A stretch of DNA of 64,000 nt from positions 54,436,001 to 54,500,000 of the forward strand of contig OX597819.1 in assembly GCA_951406725.2 (NCBI GenBank), read 5' to 3'. The notes below the pieces were generated by a model. The model ran no database searches. It saw only the letters and a list, made by a program, of their open reading frames with translations, and was not told where the DNA came from. Positions 39,657-52,327 of the stretch are shown here, piece after piece. Each line of letters begins with the position of its first letter. The stretch's first letter is position 1. The position numbers and the translations under genes were made by a program. Origin of the DNA: Octopus vulgaris (lineage: Eukaryota).

Positions 39657-40008
39657 ACTGTCTGAAATGGAAAAAGGTCTTGACGACATAAATATTTACA
39701 AGCATCACTGTGGCGGCAAGTATTTTGTAAATATTTATAATAATTACCTTTCTTTTGTATTTAGCTTTCTTTAAACAGACAATACTATCAAGTTTTGACT
39801 AGCATTTGATATTTGTTCTCTAATCAATGTTGTTGTTTTTTTTTTTTTATCTCTGTCTCAATTTCATTTGAGCAGTTTTTTATTTTTGCAATCCTATAAA
39901 CACTTTTGTCTCCATAAAAAGAGGCTAAAATTATTTCTTGTCATATATATGTATGTATGTGTGTGTGTGACCCGTGCAACGCCTGCTATTATTGCTAGTA
40001 TATATATA

Positions 40009-40198
40009 ACCAGAGTAAGCATATAAATGCGAAAAAAGGTGGAAAAAATAGTACTCGAATACCGGAGGTAGAGTAATATGCTCTATTAATAAAGCTGCAA
40101 GGACATCGCATTTTAAACCAAAACTGTCCGACGAACAGGAACGTAAAACTCTGAGTAACAGCTTTTGTGATGTCTTTGCAGCTTTATTAATAAAGTAT
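40009..40198 (+). mobile_element. Penelope terminal-repeat-like foldback with hammerhead-like motif (40121-40165)
   Basis: Inverted arms 40084-40110 / 40166-40192 enclose ctgt-CCGACGA-ac..gt-aAAA-ctc.gag-TA-acag. Confidence 0.6.
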
Positions 40199-40377
40199 AT
40201 ACATATACATACATACATTTGAACCCTGCTGTACTCTTTCACCACAACTTTCTCTCGTCCTTTCTTCCTGTTTCTGTTGTAACTGTATTCCAAAGGGCCA
40301 GCCTTGTCACACTCTGAGTCATGTTGAATCTCCCCGAGAACTACGTTAAGGATACACGTGTCTGTGGAGTGCTCAGG

Positions 40378-40953
40378 CGGCAATGTTTCGTTTGTCGTAG
40401 CACGTTTCCGTCGATTTCCGTAAAAAATGTAAACACTGAATCGGCCATACATACATACATACATACATACACACATACATACACACACACATACATACAC
40501 ACACATACATAGATACATACACACACACACATACATGCAGACATACATATACACATACACCGAGTAAAAAATTACACTGAATCGGCCATACATACACGCA
40601 CACATACTTACACACACACACATACATACATAGATACATACACACACACACATACATATACACATACACCGAGTAAAAAATTTCAGTTATCTCTCTTTCA
40701 CACATTACTCTCTCTGTCTCTTCGCACACACTAACAGAAGCACTTCACTTACACAACATACTGTCTGTCTCCCACACCCCATCAAACACACACACGGGGA
40801 CTTCAAAAAGAAATTCCCTCGTCATAAAAGCGCTTCCTCTTAGTCTCTTTCGCTCTCATTACTTCAAATATTCCCGCAAAGCCATATGTAAAAAAATAAA
40901 AGTTTTTTACGGAAATCGACGGAAACGTGTGCCACGACAAACGAAACTTCGCC
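40378..40953. mobile_element. MITE with ~50-bp TIRs and internal CATA/CA microsatellite
   Basis: TIRs ggcaatgtttcgtttgtcgtagcacgtttccgtcgatttccgtaaaaaa / ttttttacggaaatcgacggaaacgtgtgccacgacaaacgaaacttcgcc; second, inverted copy at 46548-47752. Confidence 0.85.
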
Positions 40954-41130
40954 ATATGTATATATTTATATATATATTTATTTATATATATATATGTATA
41001 TCTTTATATATATGTATATCTTTATATATATATATATATTTATATATGTATATCTTTGTATATATCTACATATATATGTATATCTTTATATATATGTATA
41101 TCTATTTATATATGTATATCTTTGTATATA

Positions 41131-41275
41131 CCAGAGTAAGCAAATAAATGCGAAACAAAGTGGAAAAAATTGTACTCGAATACCAGAGGTAAAGTAATAT
41201 GCTTTATTAAAAAGCAGCAAAAATATCACAAAAACTGTTTTTCAGAGTTTCACGTTTCCATTTGTTGGAGTTTTA
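41131..41275 (-). mobile_element. Penelope terminal-repeat-like segment with degraded minus-strand hammerhead-like motif
   Basis: Homologous to 40009-40110; minus strand reads aaaact-ccaacaa-atggaaacgt-GAAA-ctctga..-acagtttt. Confidence 0.55.
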
Positions 41276-41643
41276 TTAAGAATGGAACAAAAATAAAGTT
41301 ATAAGCAAACATATACAATTAGTTTAATGGATACACATTTGAAAATGGTCTTGTTCTATTTTCAAATAACGGTCTTTACAATGACTGTTGCATGCAATGA
41401 ACATATTTCTGTATAAAAATCTTATTATTATAAAATTGAAGAAAACCTTTAATCAAAAATAGTTTATGAAGAAGGACAGAGCCTAAATACCCAGGGTAAA
41501 TAATTATTTGTAAAATATTAGTCAATTAATACATTAAAAGTTATATCCGTTTAAAAAAATTTTCACCCTGGATTACATATACATTTAGCAGTATATGCAC
41601 ATTCCAAACCATCTATAATATACACTGCACATACAGACGCATA

Positions 41644-42041
41644 CTCTCTCTTTTACTCTTTTACTCGTTTCAGTCATTTGACTGTGGCCATGCTGGAGCA
41701 CCGCCTTTAGTCGAGCAAATCGACCCCGGGACTTATTCTTTGTAAGCCCAGTACTTATTCTATCGGTCTCTTTTGCCGAGTTACATACATATATAAGCAA
41801 GACATAACTATATATATAAACGCATATATATATATATTTCTTTACAGCCCACAAGGGGCTAAACATAGAGGGGACAAACGAGGACAGACAAATGGATTAA
41901 GTCGATTACATCAACCCCAGTGTGAAACTGGTACTTTATTTATCGACCCCGAAAGGATGAAAGGCAAAGTCGACCTCGGCAGAATTTGAACTCAGAACGT
42001 AACAACAGACGAAATACCGCTAAGCATTCCGCCCGCGTGCT
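41644..42041 (-). mobile_element. SINE A 3' end (41644-41780) adjacent to SINE B (41835-42041)
   Basis: Reverse complements of both consensus sequences, CpG-rich. Confidence 0.85.
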
Positions 42042-42404
42042 TTATATATATATGTGTGTGTGTGTGTATGCATGCACACATGCACGCACACAAATTCTCC
42101 TGGCATATGCTTATACATGTTAGTTGTTGCAGGTGAAAATAAGAGAAGGGGAAAATATCAGAAAATATTTAGTATGGGGAGGAGGGAGAAAACAGTGGAG
42201 AAGAAGAAAAAGAAAATAAAAGAAAGGGAAACAGAAAGCTAACGAGAGAAAGGGGAAAATAGATAGGGGCAGAGAATGCTACATTATGATGCTCAAAAGT
42301 AACCAACAATGATTAGATACTTCATATAGCTTGTGCAACGAACACATAAAAACGCACACATAAAATTACATGTATATCTACATAAGTACAAATATAGTAG
42401 TATG

Positions 42405-43640
42405 TCACCATGAATAACTTGGAAATAGATATCCCTTCTTTTTTAACTAGGATTTTACCTAGGTCAAAAAGAGTGAGGATTCTCTTTTCGATGTACTAAT
42501 GGGGGCATATGATGGGGCAGAGTTATGAATGCTTATTGGAGCTTATATTTTGCATAATCTGCATCTAGAATTCCCTTTTATAAATGCGGGATTATACAGG
42601 GATGACGGTCTTATAGTCACCCATAATTTAAACAGCCATGAGTTAGATAAACTTAGGAAGAATCTGATTACTTTCTTTCAAAGAATAGTCTTATGGATTA
42701 TTATAGAAAGTAACCTTAAAAACGTAGATCTTTATAGATATCAACTTAGATTTACAATTAAATAAATTAAAACCTTACCATAAGTCCAATGAAAAGATAT
42801 GTTATATTAGCAAAGAATCTAATCATCTACCCGTAATTCTTAAGAACCTAGTTAGTATGTAGGAAGGTGAATATCATCAATTTCTTCAGATGAGACAGCA
42901 TTTCAAAATGCTGTGCCATATTACAACAATGCATTAAGGAAAAGTGGATTCTCAGAGAAAGTCCAGTATAGTCAAGTTAATTCTAGCAATAACAGGCCAT
43001 GTAGAGCTAGAACTAGGAAAGTTTTGTTTAACTCCACATTTAATATGGCCGTAAAAACTAATATTCTTAAAGGGAATTCTTAAAATTAGGTTCTAAGCAT
43101 TTTCAATCTAGCCATAAGTTCTATAGAATATTTAATAGGAGAACACTGAAGGTTAGCTATTCTTGTTGCAAAAACTTTGCTTCTTTTATTAGCCAGCATA
43201 ACACAAAAATTATTACAGACAACTACAGTGCCGAGAGGAACTGCAACGGCAAAGATAAGACTTGCTGTCTATTGGAAGGAAAATGTCTTGAAAAAGGCAT
43301 TGTTTATAGAGCCAAAGTGCAAGTAGATGGCTTGCAAGAATATAAAACATATACAGGGGCTTCAGAAAATTCATTCAAGACTTGATTCTATCCCTACCGG
43401 AATTCTTTCTGATACCCCAAGAACAGGACAGCAACTAGTCTTGCAAAGCATGTCTGAGAATTGAAAGAGAATGACACCCATCCTTTCAAGTTAACCTAGA
43501 AAATTCTAGAAAATGCATCAGCATATAGACATAGAGCTTATAAAAGACCTATGAAATGTAATCTTTGCCTCTCAGAAAAGTTCTTCATCCTGTTCCATGA
43601 TAAAAACGCTTTGAACCAGAGACAAGAGCTCTTAAATTGA
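42405..43640 (+). mobile_element. Penelope-like element (Neptune-type) RT/GIY-YIG pseudogene
   Basis: DVLMGAYDGAEL, GLYRDDGL, YYNNALRKSGF, IFNRRTLKVSYSC, GKCLEKGIVY, TYTGASENSFK, CNLCLSEK; multiple stops and frameshifts. Confidence 0.85.
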
Positions 43641-43650
43641 ATATATGTAT

Positions 43651-43681
<31 letters not shown>

Positions 43682-43734
43682 CGTATATTGTGCATATATA
43701 TATATATATTGTGCATATATATATATATATATTA

Positions 43735-43773
<39 letters not shown>

Positions 43774-43779
43774 TTGCAA

Positions 43780-44812
43780 GATTCTTTATCTGAGTTCGTG
43801 TGTTGAAGCATATTCTGTTGTGTCTGGGAAGAGTCATTATAAGGCACTAATTCTTGTTTTTCTTATGAAGTGCCCTGTCCATTATGTCCCAGAGGTGACT
43901 GGCTTGGCAATGGAAGCATTTTGGTGCCATTCTCATCTAACAAATCTTGGGTCATTATGTGACAAGGAACACCATGTTCCATAAATAAATAGTCTTCTTT
44001 AATCATTTCACCACTGGAGAAGATTGGAAGGAATTGCAATATGGACACATATTTACCTGAGTTTATGTTTCCCTCACACTCCACCAGCTCTGATCATCCA
44101 TTGCTCCAAATTGCACCCCAGACCATTACAGAATAACTGCCGTGTTTCATTGTTGGCTGCAATCTTTTCACATCAAATTCTTAATCACAGTGTCTCCAGA
44201 CCCACAGTCGATCACTGTCAGGAAATGCAGCAAATCTGGACTCATCAGAGAATATGACAGTGTCCCAAATTGCTAATGGCCTCCCCAGCATCTCACTGGC
44301 CCAATCTTTTCTCTGCTTGATGTTGGCTTGTTGAAGAAGTGGCTTCCTTCTTGCTGCTCTGCCATAGTAACCCAGTTTGTGGACATACCTCACAACTGCT
44401 CTGGGACTGACATCAACTTGTTCTGCTCTGTCAGAAGCCTTGCAGCGAGGATTATCCTCCACATTTCTCTTAACAAAGTGAAGGGTCCTGTCAGAGGGCC
44501 CTGGTTGATCTAAGTGAGGTGATATGGACTCTTTTCCTTCTCTGGTGAATTGCACAATCATTCTATTAACTGTAGAAATTTGGATCTCAAGGTTTTCTGC
44601 GATCTTATGCTATGACCACCTTCAGAATTGCAGCCTCTTTGAAATTCAGACAGTTCAAGGCTTCTTTTGTACATGACATGTTTAAACAGTCACATATATA
44701 ACCTGAAACATAAAAATGCCAATTAATAAAAAAAATAATAAACCTTTACAAGTTAGAATAAATATAAAATGATGTTTTATGGAGTGTCTATTTACTTTTG
44801 TCGCGCGTGTGT
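43780..44812 (-). mobile_element. Tc1-like (DD34E) transposon remnant
   Basis: RAARRKPLL, WDTVIFSDESRF, VMVWGAI; terminal cacgcgcgacaaaagtaaatagacactcc resembles a Tc1 TIR; partial duplicate of the first-D region at 44966-45125. Confidence 0.85.
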
Positions 44813-45129
44813 GTGTGGGGGGGGTGTATTAATAATTTTAATTTTGAAAACAAATTTTATTGAACAAGACACCAAACCATTTGTTTTTAGAGGAGTTCAT
44901 GCAATTTATTAGACAACAATGTATGATTGGTATTTGTTTTATGAACACCAAGGATATAATATCAAAGTCAGGAAATGCAGCAAATCTGGATTCATCAGAG
45001 AATATGACAGTGTCCCAAAATGCTAGCGGCCTCTCCACCATCTCATTGGCCCAAACTTTTCTCCACTTGATAGTTGGCTGAAGATGTGGCTTTCCTTCTT
45101 GCTGCTGTGCCATAGTAACCAAGTTACTG

Positions 45130-45433
45130 GATGCTGCTGTCAGGGAGAGATCCACAGCTCCAGCGACTGAGCAGAACAAAATCCTGAAATACTGTGCTCT
45201 GTTGGCCAACTACATTTTCCATCCTATGGCGTTCGAGATGTTTGGTGGGGTCGGACCACGAGCTGTGAGATTCCTGTCTTCACTGGCAATTTGCCTTGCA
45301 GAGGTAACTGGTGAGGCTTGTGAAGGTGCTTGGCTGTTCTAGCGCCTCAGTCTCGCCATCACCTGCAGCAAGCATGTCTCAATAGTCAATAGAGAGGTTT
45401 CCCAGCGCCCCCAACTCTCCAACCCAAGGTGAA
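45130..45433 (+). mobile_element. C-terminal restriction-like endonuclease region of a CRE-clade non-LTR retrotransposon
   Basis: EQNKILKYCALLANYIFHPMAFEMFGGVGPRAVRFLSSLAICLAEVTGEACEGAWLF*RLSLAI resembles the CRE K..KY...F.P.A.E..G.....A..FL......L.QRLSLA pattern. Confidence 0.65.
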
Positions 45434-46547
45434 TTGTTTTGGGTTTTTTCCTTTTTTCTCTTTTTTTCTTTTTAATTTTTTCAATTGTGTTCTCTGTTTT
45501 GTCCAGTTTTCTAGTTTGATTTTGTAAAACGGTGAAAGCAATAAAATTATTTATAATAAAAAAAAAAAAGAAAAGAAAAAAGAACATACACATATCAAAG
45601 TCGATTCTAAGGGGATTCGAACTTTGTACGTTGACACTACCGTTTCTATTAACTCACCATTCGTTTCAATTATAATTTCAAATTTTATTCTTTGATGAAA
45701 TGATTCGTAAACAACTCTATAACCACGTCTAATATCGTCATTGCTGCTGCTCCAGTGATGGTGTTTGCAATCTAACGGTTTCTATCGTTTGAAGTGATTT
45801 TGTTTGATGTATCTCATAGATAGGAAATACTATTTTTCTTTTTTATGAAAAGCCGCATTTCATTTATTTCGAGATTTTACTAGGAGGCTGCTTTCTAAAA
45901 ATGTAAAACGTACAAGTCATGCTAATACAACGAATATACTCCATATATGGAATATATGTAGTTATGCTACAAATTAAAAGCATAATATTTGGTTGGGGGC
46001 ATTTGCATACTGTAAGTTATTTTCTTGAATCAAATTACATGATTAAATTTCTGTTTTTCTCTTAAAGAATTTTTCTTTTAATACAAAGGCCTCATTATCT
46101 GAATAAAAGCAGTGCTCTACCGAAAACATTAGCAGCATTTGAAGTAGCTTTATGGTGAAATCGAAACCGTGTCATGGTCTCGGCTCATTAGATGCATATC
46201 TTTTACTTTGAATGATATTTTTAAATGGCATTTAAATGAATATAAAGCCTGTAATAGGGAGAGTGTATAATTGACTGGATCGATGCTGGTGCATATGACA
46301 TTTATTTGTTTCATCGGCACTAGAAGGGTGAAAGTCTACCTCGGAGGATTTGAATTCGGAATGTTTAGGGATGTAAATAAATACCGCAAAGGAATTCGTT
46401 ACGCACCCCTGCTGTATATCATAGACCCGTGGTTCTCAACTCTTTGTAGAACTGTTTTACAAATGCCACTTCCACATGTTTTGTAAAATAAAAAAAAAGG
46501 AAAAATTTAAAAGCAGAATATTTTAATCGACCAGAAACTAATTTCGT

Positions 46548-47752
46548 GGGCGATGTTTCGCTTGTCGTAGCACAAGTTTCCGTCGATTTCCGTAAAAAAC
46601 TTTTATTTTTTTACTTAAGTAATGAGAGCGAAAGAGACTAAGAGGAAGCGATTTTATGACGAGGAAATTTCTCTTTGAAGTCCCCGTGTGTGTGTTTGAT
46701 GGGGTGTGGGAGACAGACAGTATGTTGTGTAAGTGAAGTGCTTCTGTTAGTGTGTGCGAAGAGACAGAGAGAGTAATGTGTGAAAGAGAGAGATAACTGA
46801 AATTTTTTACTCGGTGTATGTGTATATGTATGTCTGCATGTATGTGTGTGTGTATGTATCTATCGCTCTTATCAGTGATTCTCTCTCCAATGCCCAGTCT
46901 CTTTTACAATCTCTTGAACAAGCCTCAAATTGTGTAGGTCTTTACCTCAATGAGACCAAAACGGAATACATAAACAAGTGCCTGTCCAACAGTGATTGCA
47001 TCATCCACACTCTCAACAGTGCACCTTTAAATATGGTTTCTGATTATAAATATCTTGGGTCATACATATCATCATCTGGAAAAGACTTTCTAACTAGAAA
47101 GGGTATGGCCTGGTCAGCCTGTAATGACATGCATAAGATCTGGTCATCAAATCTAAGTAGAGACTTCAAACTTGAAATATTCAAAGCCACAGTCGAACCA
47201 ATCCTACTATATGGCTCAGAAACCTGGACGTTATCAAAGAAGCTTGAGAGGCGGTTGGATGGAACCTACACTCGCCTCCTTATGAGAGCTCAAAATCTCT
47301 CGTGGAGGCGCCATCCAACTAAAATGCAAATATATGGGAAATTACCACCTGTGTCATCTCTTGTGAAAGGTAGGAGAGTCCAGTTTGCTGGACACTGTTG
47401 TAGAGCTGAAAAAGAAGTAATTTCTACTCTTCTCCTCTGGAAGCCATCTACTCGCAACACCAGAGGGCGCACACTCTCCTACCCTGATGTAATCTCCAGG
47501 GATACAGGCATCCAGCAACAGGACCTCCGTAATGCTATGATGGACCGTGAAGTCTGGCGCAACATGGTAAATTCCATTGTCTCGACCACGGTCGAACAAT
47601 GATGATGTATCTATGTATGTGTGTGTGTGTATCTATGTATGTGTGTGTGAGTGTGTATGTATGTATGTATGTATGGCCGATTCAGTGTTTACATTTTTTA
47701 CGGAAATCGACAATCGACGGGAACGTGTGCTACGACAAGCGAAACTTCGCCA
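46548..47752. mobile_element. Second copy of the 40378-40953 MITE, opposite orientation, with a nested LINE
   Basis: 46600-46815 is the reverse complement of 40670-40915; same TIRs. Confidence 0.85.
46861..47607 (+). mobile_element. Young 5'-truncated RTE/RTE-X LINE with an open C-terminal ORF
   Basis: Stop-free VGLYLNETKTE, YKYLGSYI, ILLYGSETW, RRVQFAGHC; stop overlaps the (TGA)n tail; inserted in a TGTA microsatellite. Confidence 0.9.
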
Positions 47753-47880
47753 TTTGCATGGATTAGTGTCCTCGTGTTACGTTTTTGTGGAAATTACTAA
47801 AATGGGTTGGACTTTGATGCATCATGTCATGTTTTTTGCTCGTCGACCATACACTGTGGCGATCTTTCTTTATCGCCCTG

Positions 47881-48147
47881 TGACGATCTTTCGTTTTGAC
47901 TTGCAGAACTGTCATCTGGAGTTCGTTAATTTCCATAATTTGTTATTTATTTATTTACTTTTGTTTTAAAGTGAAAGATGTATGTATGTGTATATGAAAT
48001 GGACGTGAGAGAGAGAGAGTGTGTGTGTGAAGGGGTGTGTTGTCATGTATACGTACATACATCAATACATATGCATACATCTTTTATGTGTGTGTGTGTG
48101 AGAGAGAGAGAGAGTGAACGTGTATGTTCTCTTGTATGTGTAAGTGG

Positions 48148-48201
<54 letters not shown>

Positions 48202-48353
48202 TCCATTTCATATACACGTTCATACATCTTTCACTTTCTCCTCTCTTTCACTTTAAAGCAAAAGTAAATAGATAAATAAAAAAATTACGGAAATTAACGA
48301 ACAAAACTGCTGATCCGGATGACAGTTCTGCAAGTCAAAATGAAAGATCGCCA
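47881..48353. mobile_element. Foldback MITE with ~100-bp TIRs and mirrored microsatellite interior
   Basis: tgacgatctttcgttttgacttgcagaactgtcatc ... gatgacagttctgcaagtcaaaatgaaagatcgcca. Confidence 0.85.
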
Positions 48354-49179
48354 TTAAATGTTTTACTTATTTCCTTGAAAATTTATAAGCGTCCCTCCGC
48401 CTAAATAGCGTTCCTCAAAGCGTCTCCTTGACTTTTGTCTCCCTCTTGTGAGCTTACAACGTTTCCAAGGGAATGTCATTAACCATATAATGAGCCACTG
48501 TAGATAAACGGTAAGGCAGAAGATTGCAGATTTGCAATTTTTCAATTGCTGGATAATTACCGCTTCGTGTCTAGGTTCTCTTGCCCTTCGTTATCTTTTA
48601 GCCTTAAAAAAATTACCCTTCTCTTCTAAGTATCGTATTTGAAAGCATATAAGACGCTCACCGCCGCCCCAAAGTCTCAAGAAGTCCCTGTGGGTCCTGC
48701 ATACGAAGATTGGCTACCCATAATCTTTAATGCACTAAAAACCTTTTTCCTGAAATTCGCAGCAGGGATTGGGGTGCGTCTTTTATGCCATGAAATTTCC
48801 ATGGCAATTCTTATTTGCCTTACTAATTACAAAGTTACTCTTTAAAGTGATGTTAAGCTTCCAGAAAAGCGAGTTTGGCGCAATTCTTAGTTGAGTCATT
48901 TCTTCATATATTACTGATGAACTCTTTCTGTCTGTTCGAGCCGTTTGCCATCTCTCACTCAATATTTTCCTCACATTCTTTGGGTTATGGTATAAGCGAT
49001 CCCAAAAGCGCATTCTTCAGAATCGTGGCAGAATAGTAATAAGAAATACTAAATACTCTCATTGCTATTAGTGTATGCTATTGGCACTGTAACACACACC
49101 TGTAAATAATATTTCTTTGTAGTCTCACTTCATATATATGTACACATCACATTTATTTATATTCTCCCAATAAATTGGC

Positions 49180-49378
49180 ACTTAGCTAGCAGAATCGTTA
49201 GTGCATCAAACTACTTAGCCGTATTTCTTCTGGTTTTTTACTTTCTGAGTTCAGATCCTGCTGAGGTCAACTTTTCCTTTCATTCCTACACAGTCGATAA
49301 AATAAATTATCAGTTAAGTACTGGGATCGATGTAATTGACTTGTTAATTTCCCCTAAAAAATTGCTGGCCTTGAAACC
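49180..49378 (+). mobile_element. SINE family B
   Basis: gctagcagaatcgttag...ttctgagttcagatcc...gtcgataaaataa...ttgctggccttg. Confidence 0.75.
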
Positions 49379-49404
49379 TGCAATGGACCAGCGTCAGTTC
49401 AGAG

Positions 49405-52327
49405 TGTAGGGAACTCGCTTGACCCTGCCTGAGATTTGAAACCAAATCTACCCGCTAGTTGCTTGTCAAAACAAGCGGGAAATCCTCTCCACACCAAATG
49501 ATTGATAGAGAAACACTTGACTCCCAAGGACCTGTGCTGGTCAAGGAAAAATCAGTCCTTTTCTTAAGGCTTGACCTACATCACTGACCATTGTCTATAT
49601 AACAGAGAGCATTTCCTTTCTCTCTCTCTCTTTCTCTCTTGTGTCAGTCAGACCAAAGAGTAGCACCCTCTTTTGCGTCAGCCTTGAGCAAGAGCAGCAC
49701 TTCACTTCGCCCTTTGCCACCTTTCTTCCTTTCTAGTCAGCACTGTGCCACCTTTTTCCTTTCTTCCTTTCTAGTCAGCACTGTGCATTCCTTACTTTTT
49801 CCTTCTCTACTGGCAGACAGAAACTTCTACACTATCAATTACTAACCAATGAGCCAACATTTTTGTCACTATCACTACAATTACTACTGTCTCTCTAACT
49901 ACTTGTCGGGCAAACGAATAAATATATGTAAATGATATTTCTCCCTTTTTGGTGTTAGTTCTTCCATGTTCACTTGTTACTCCGATGCAAGAACCTTCAA
50001 GTGTTACATCTACACGCTACATTTGGTAGTGAGCTACATCATATCGATTTGATATGGTATGTCACTTCAGCCCACTACAATTGGTGACCCCGACGTGATT
50101 TTACATGTTCTGTATCCCTTACATTGCACAACCTCGTGACAATAATTACAGCCTTCTCCAAACAGCCCACTATAATTGATGAATCCGAGCTAAAAGATCT
50201 ACAGCTTTTACTCCAACAGCCATTGCTTTGTATGTTCCCCAATGTTCTAATACATGATTGCTTCTACTTCACCAACTTAATTGCATTTGGAAAATTTAGA
50301 AAATTTTATGTTCTGCGGTTAAATTTTTCATTTCGTTGCTACATTCTGGTGACCCGAGATCAAGAATTACACATCATGCTCGTCACATCGAAGACAAGAC
50401 TAACTTTCACTACACACAGTTTCCATTTCGACTGTCGCACAACACGAAGGGAAAGAACTCGCTGACACAATGGACACCCACCATGCGCTTTCAATCTACC
50501 ACAGAATGCACTCCACTACGTTGCACAAATCCACGAAGGAAACATCTACAATCAATAAACACATTTCGACTGCTATCCAACCAAAAACTACCTGGATGAA
50601 AATATGGAAGCCCACACATGTAACATTCTCCTCAGCCACAGATTTTTTGAATGCAGTCCTGCATTTAACATGCATGCCACACGAACTCTTGTACATAGAC
50701 CTGAACTTTCTGTGCATACACATTTTTGCATTTCAAATGCTTATTTCGTTCTCTTTTGTTAGCTCTACACACCTTCATTTGTTTTTTAATGTCTATAATT
50801 GTATAATGTAATTGTTCTTGTTGGCCACTGCCATTGCACATTTTAGTACACATGTTGTATAATTCTTTCAACTACATTGTTTTTTTCTCGCTACAAGTTT
50901 TCTCTGTGAATGTCTGCAGCTTCTTTCTTACTTCACACGCTGACCCATTTATGCACTACTCTGTATTTTATTCGTAAACTAAAACAAACAATTTTTTCTC
51001 AACCTTCATACACCAACTTGCATGCCTGCACCCACTTTTAAAATATAGTGTCCTTAAAGTCGTTTTCTCATGTCTGTGCCCTCTCAACTCTTTTCCCCAA
51101 CTCTGTACATCGGATTTTAGCCCATGTTCCCTGAACCCTTGTCAGATACAACTTGCCTCTGTTCAACCCCATGTTGGTCACGAAGTTAATAGAGAAAATT
51201 GTCTGTCCTACGCAACGTGCCAGCATGCCACACTGTCGTCGTTCTGGCTAATCTTAGCAAATTCCCTCGACAACAACGCCAGACACATTTCGCTTCTGCA
51301 CTCTTTTCAAGGCATTTTCGCACAAAATGCAATCCTGCAAGAAAACTTTTGCTGATATCATGGATAGAGAATGCACACACTCACTCACCTCAGCTCATTC
51401 CATAGCTGTATGACTTTCTCTTGCACTCATGTACACGTCCTTGTATGCTCACTCACTACCTCTGCCATGCAACAACTGGCACATTCAACATTCATGTGCA
51501 CGCTCGTTCAATCTGCCTCAGTCACGCTTCAGCTAGCATACCCTGTATTCTACGTGTGCAAAGCAACACCGCTATTTGGACTCACACGAATAGATACCTG
51601 TCCCATTTACATTCTCTGGATTCTCTCTCCTGATATGCACCATTTTTCTCAGCCTTGCATCACATTCCCTAAGAACAAAATAACTTTCACAATTGGACGT
51701 TATTTGGACCTTGTCCTAAAATACATTTTTGTATGAATGAACTCTTTTCCTTAGATTGTTCGTTTCTTTTTTTAGAAACTCTAGTGGGGGAGTGGTGTAG
51801 GGAACTTGCTTAGCCCAGCCTGAGATTTGAAACCAAATCTACTCGCTTGTTGCTTGTCAAAACAAGCGGGAAATCCTCTCCACACCAGATGATTGATAGA
51901 GAAACATTTGACCCCCCCCCCAAGAACCTGTGTTGGTCAAGGAAAGGTCAGCACTTTACCTTCGACCTTTGCTCGACATACGAAGAGAAGCATTCGGCCG
52001 CAAGAAACACGATGCCACCTTTATCATTTCTAGTCAGCACCGTGCATTCCTTACTCTTTCCCGCTCTACTGGCAGTCAGAAACTTCTACACTATCATCTA
52101 CTAACCAGCGAGCTACCCTTTTTGTCACTATCACTACAATTACCGCTGTCTCTCTAATAACATGTCGGGCAAACAAATAAATATATCTAAATAATATTTC
52201 TTCCTTGGTGTTGATTCTTCTATGTTCACTGGTTACTCCGATGCGAGAACCTTCAAGTGTTACATCTAGACCCTACATTTGGTAGTGGGCTACATCATAT
52301 CGATTTGATATAGCATGTCACTTCAGC
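49405..52327 (+). mobile_element. Internally deleted Ty3/Gypsy LTR retrotransposon (CsRn1-like), non-autonomous
   Basis: 5' LTR 49405-50079 (TGT...ACA); 3' LTR 51796-~52327; PBS TGGTGACCCCGACGTGAT at 50082-50099 (tRNA-Trp 3' end); PPT agtgggggagtgg at 51783-51795; internal ~1.7 kb has no intact gag/pol. Confidence 0.9.

Noticed and set aside
39931-40665. 244-aa minus-strand ORF and similar YI/CV/TH-rich ORFs across the window
   Set aside because: Chance read-through of microsatellites and repeat elements.
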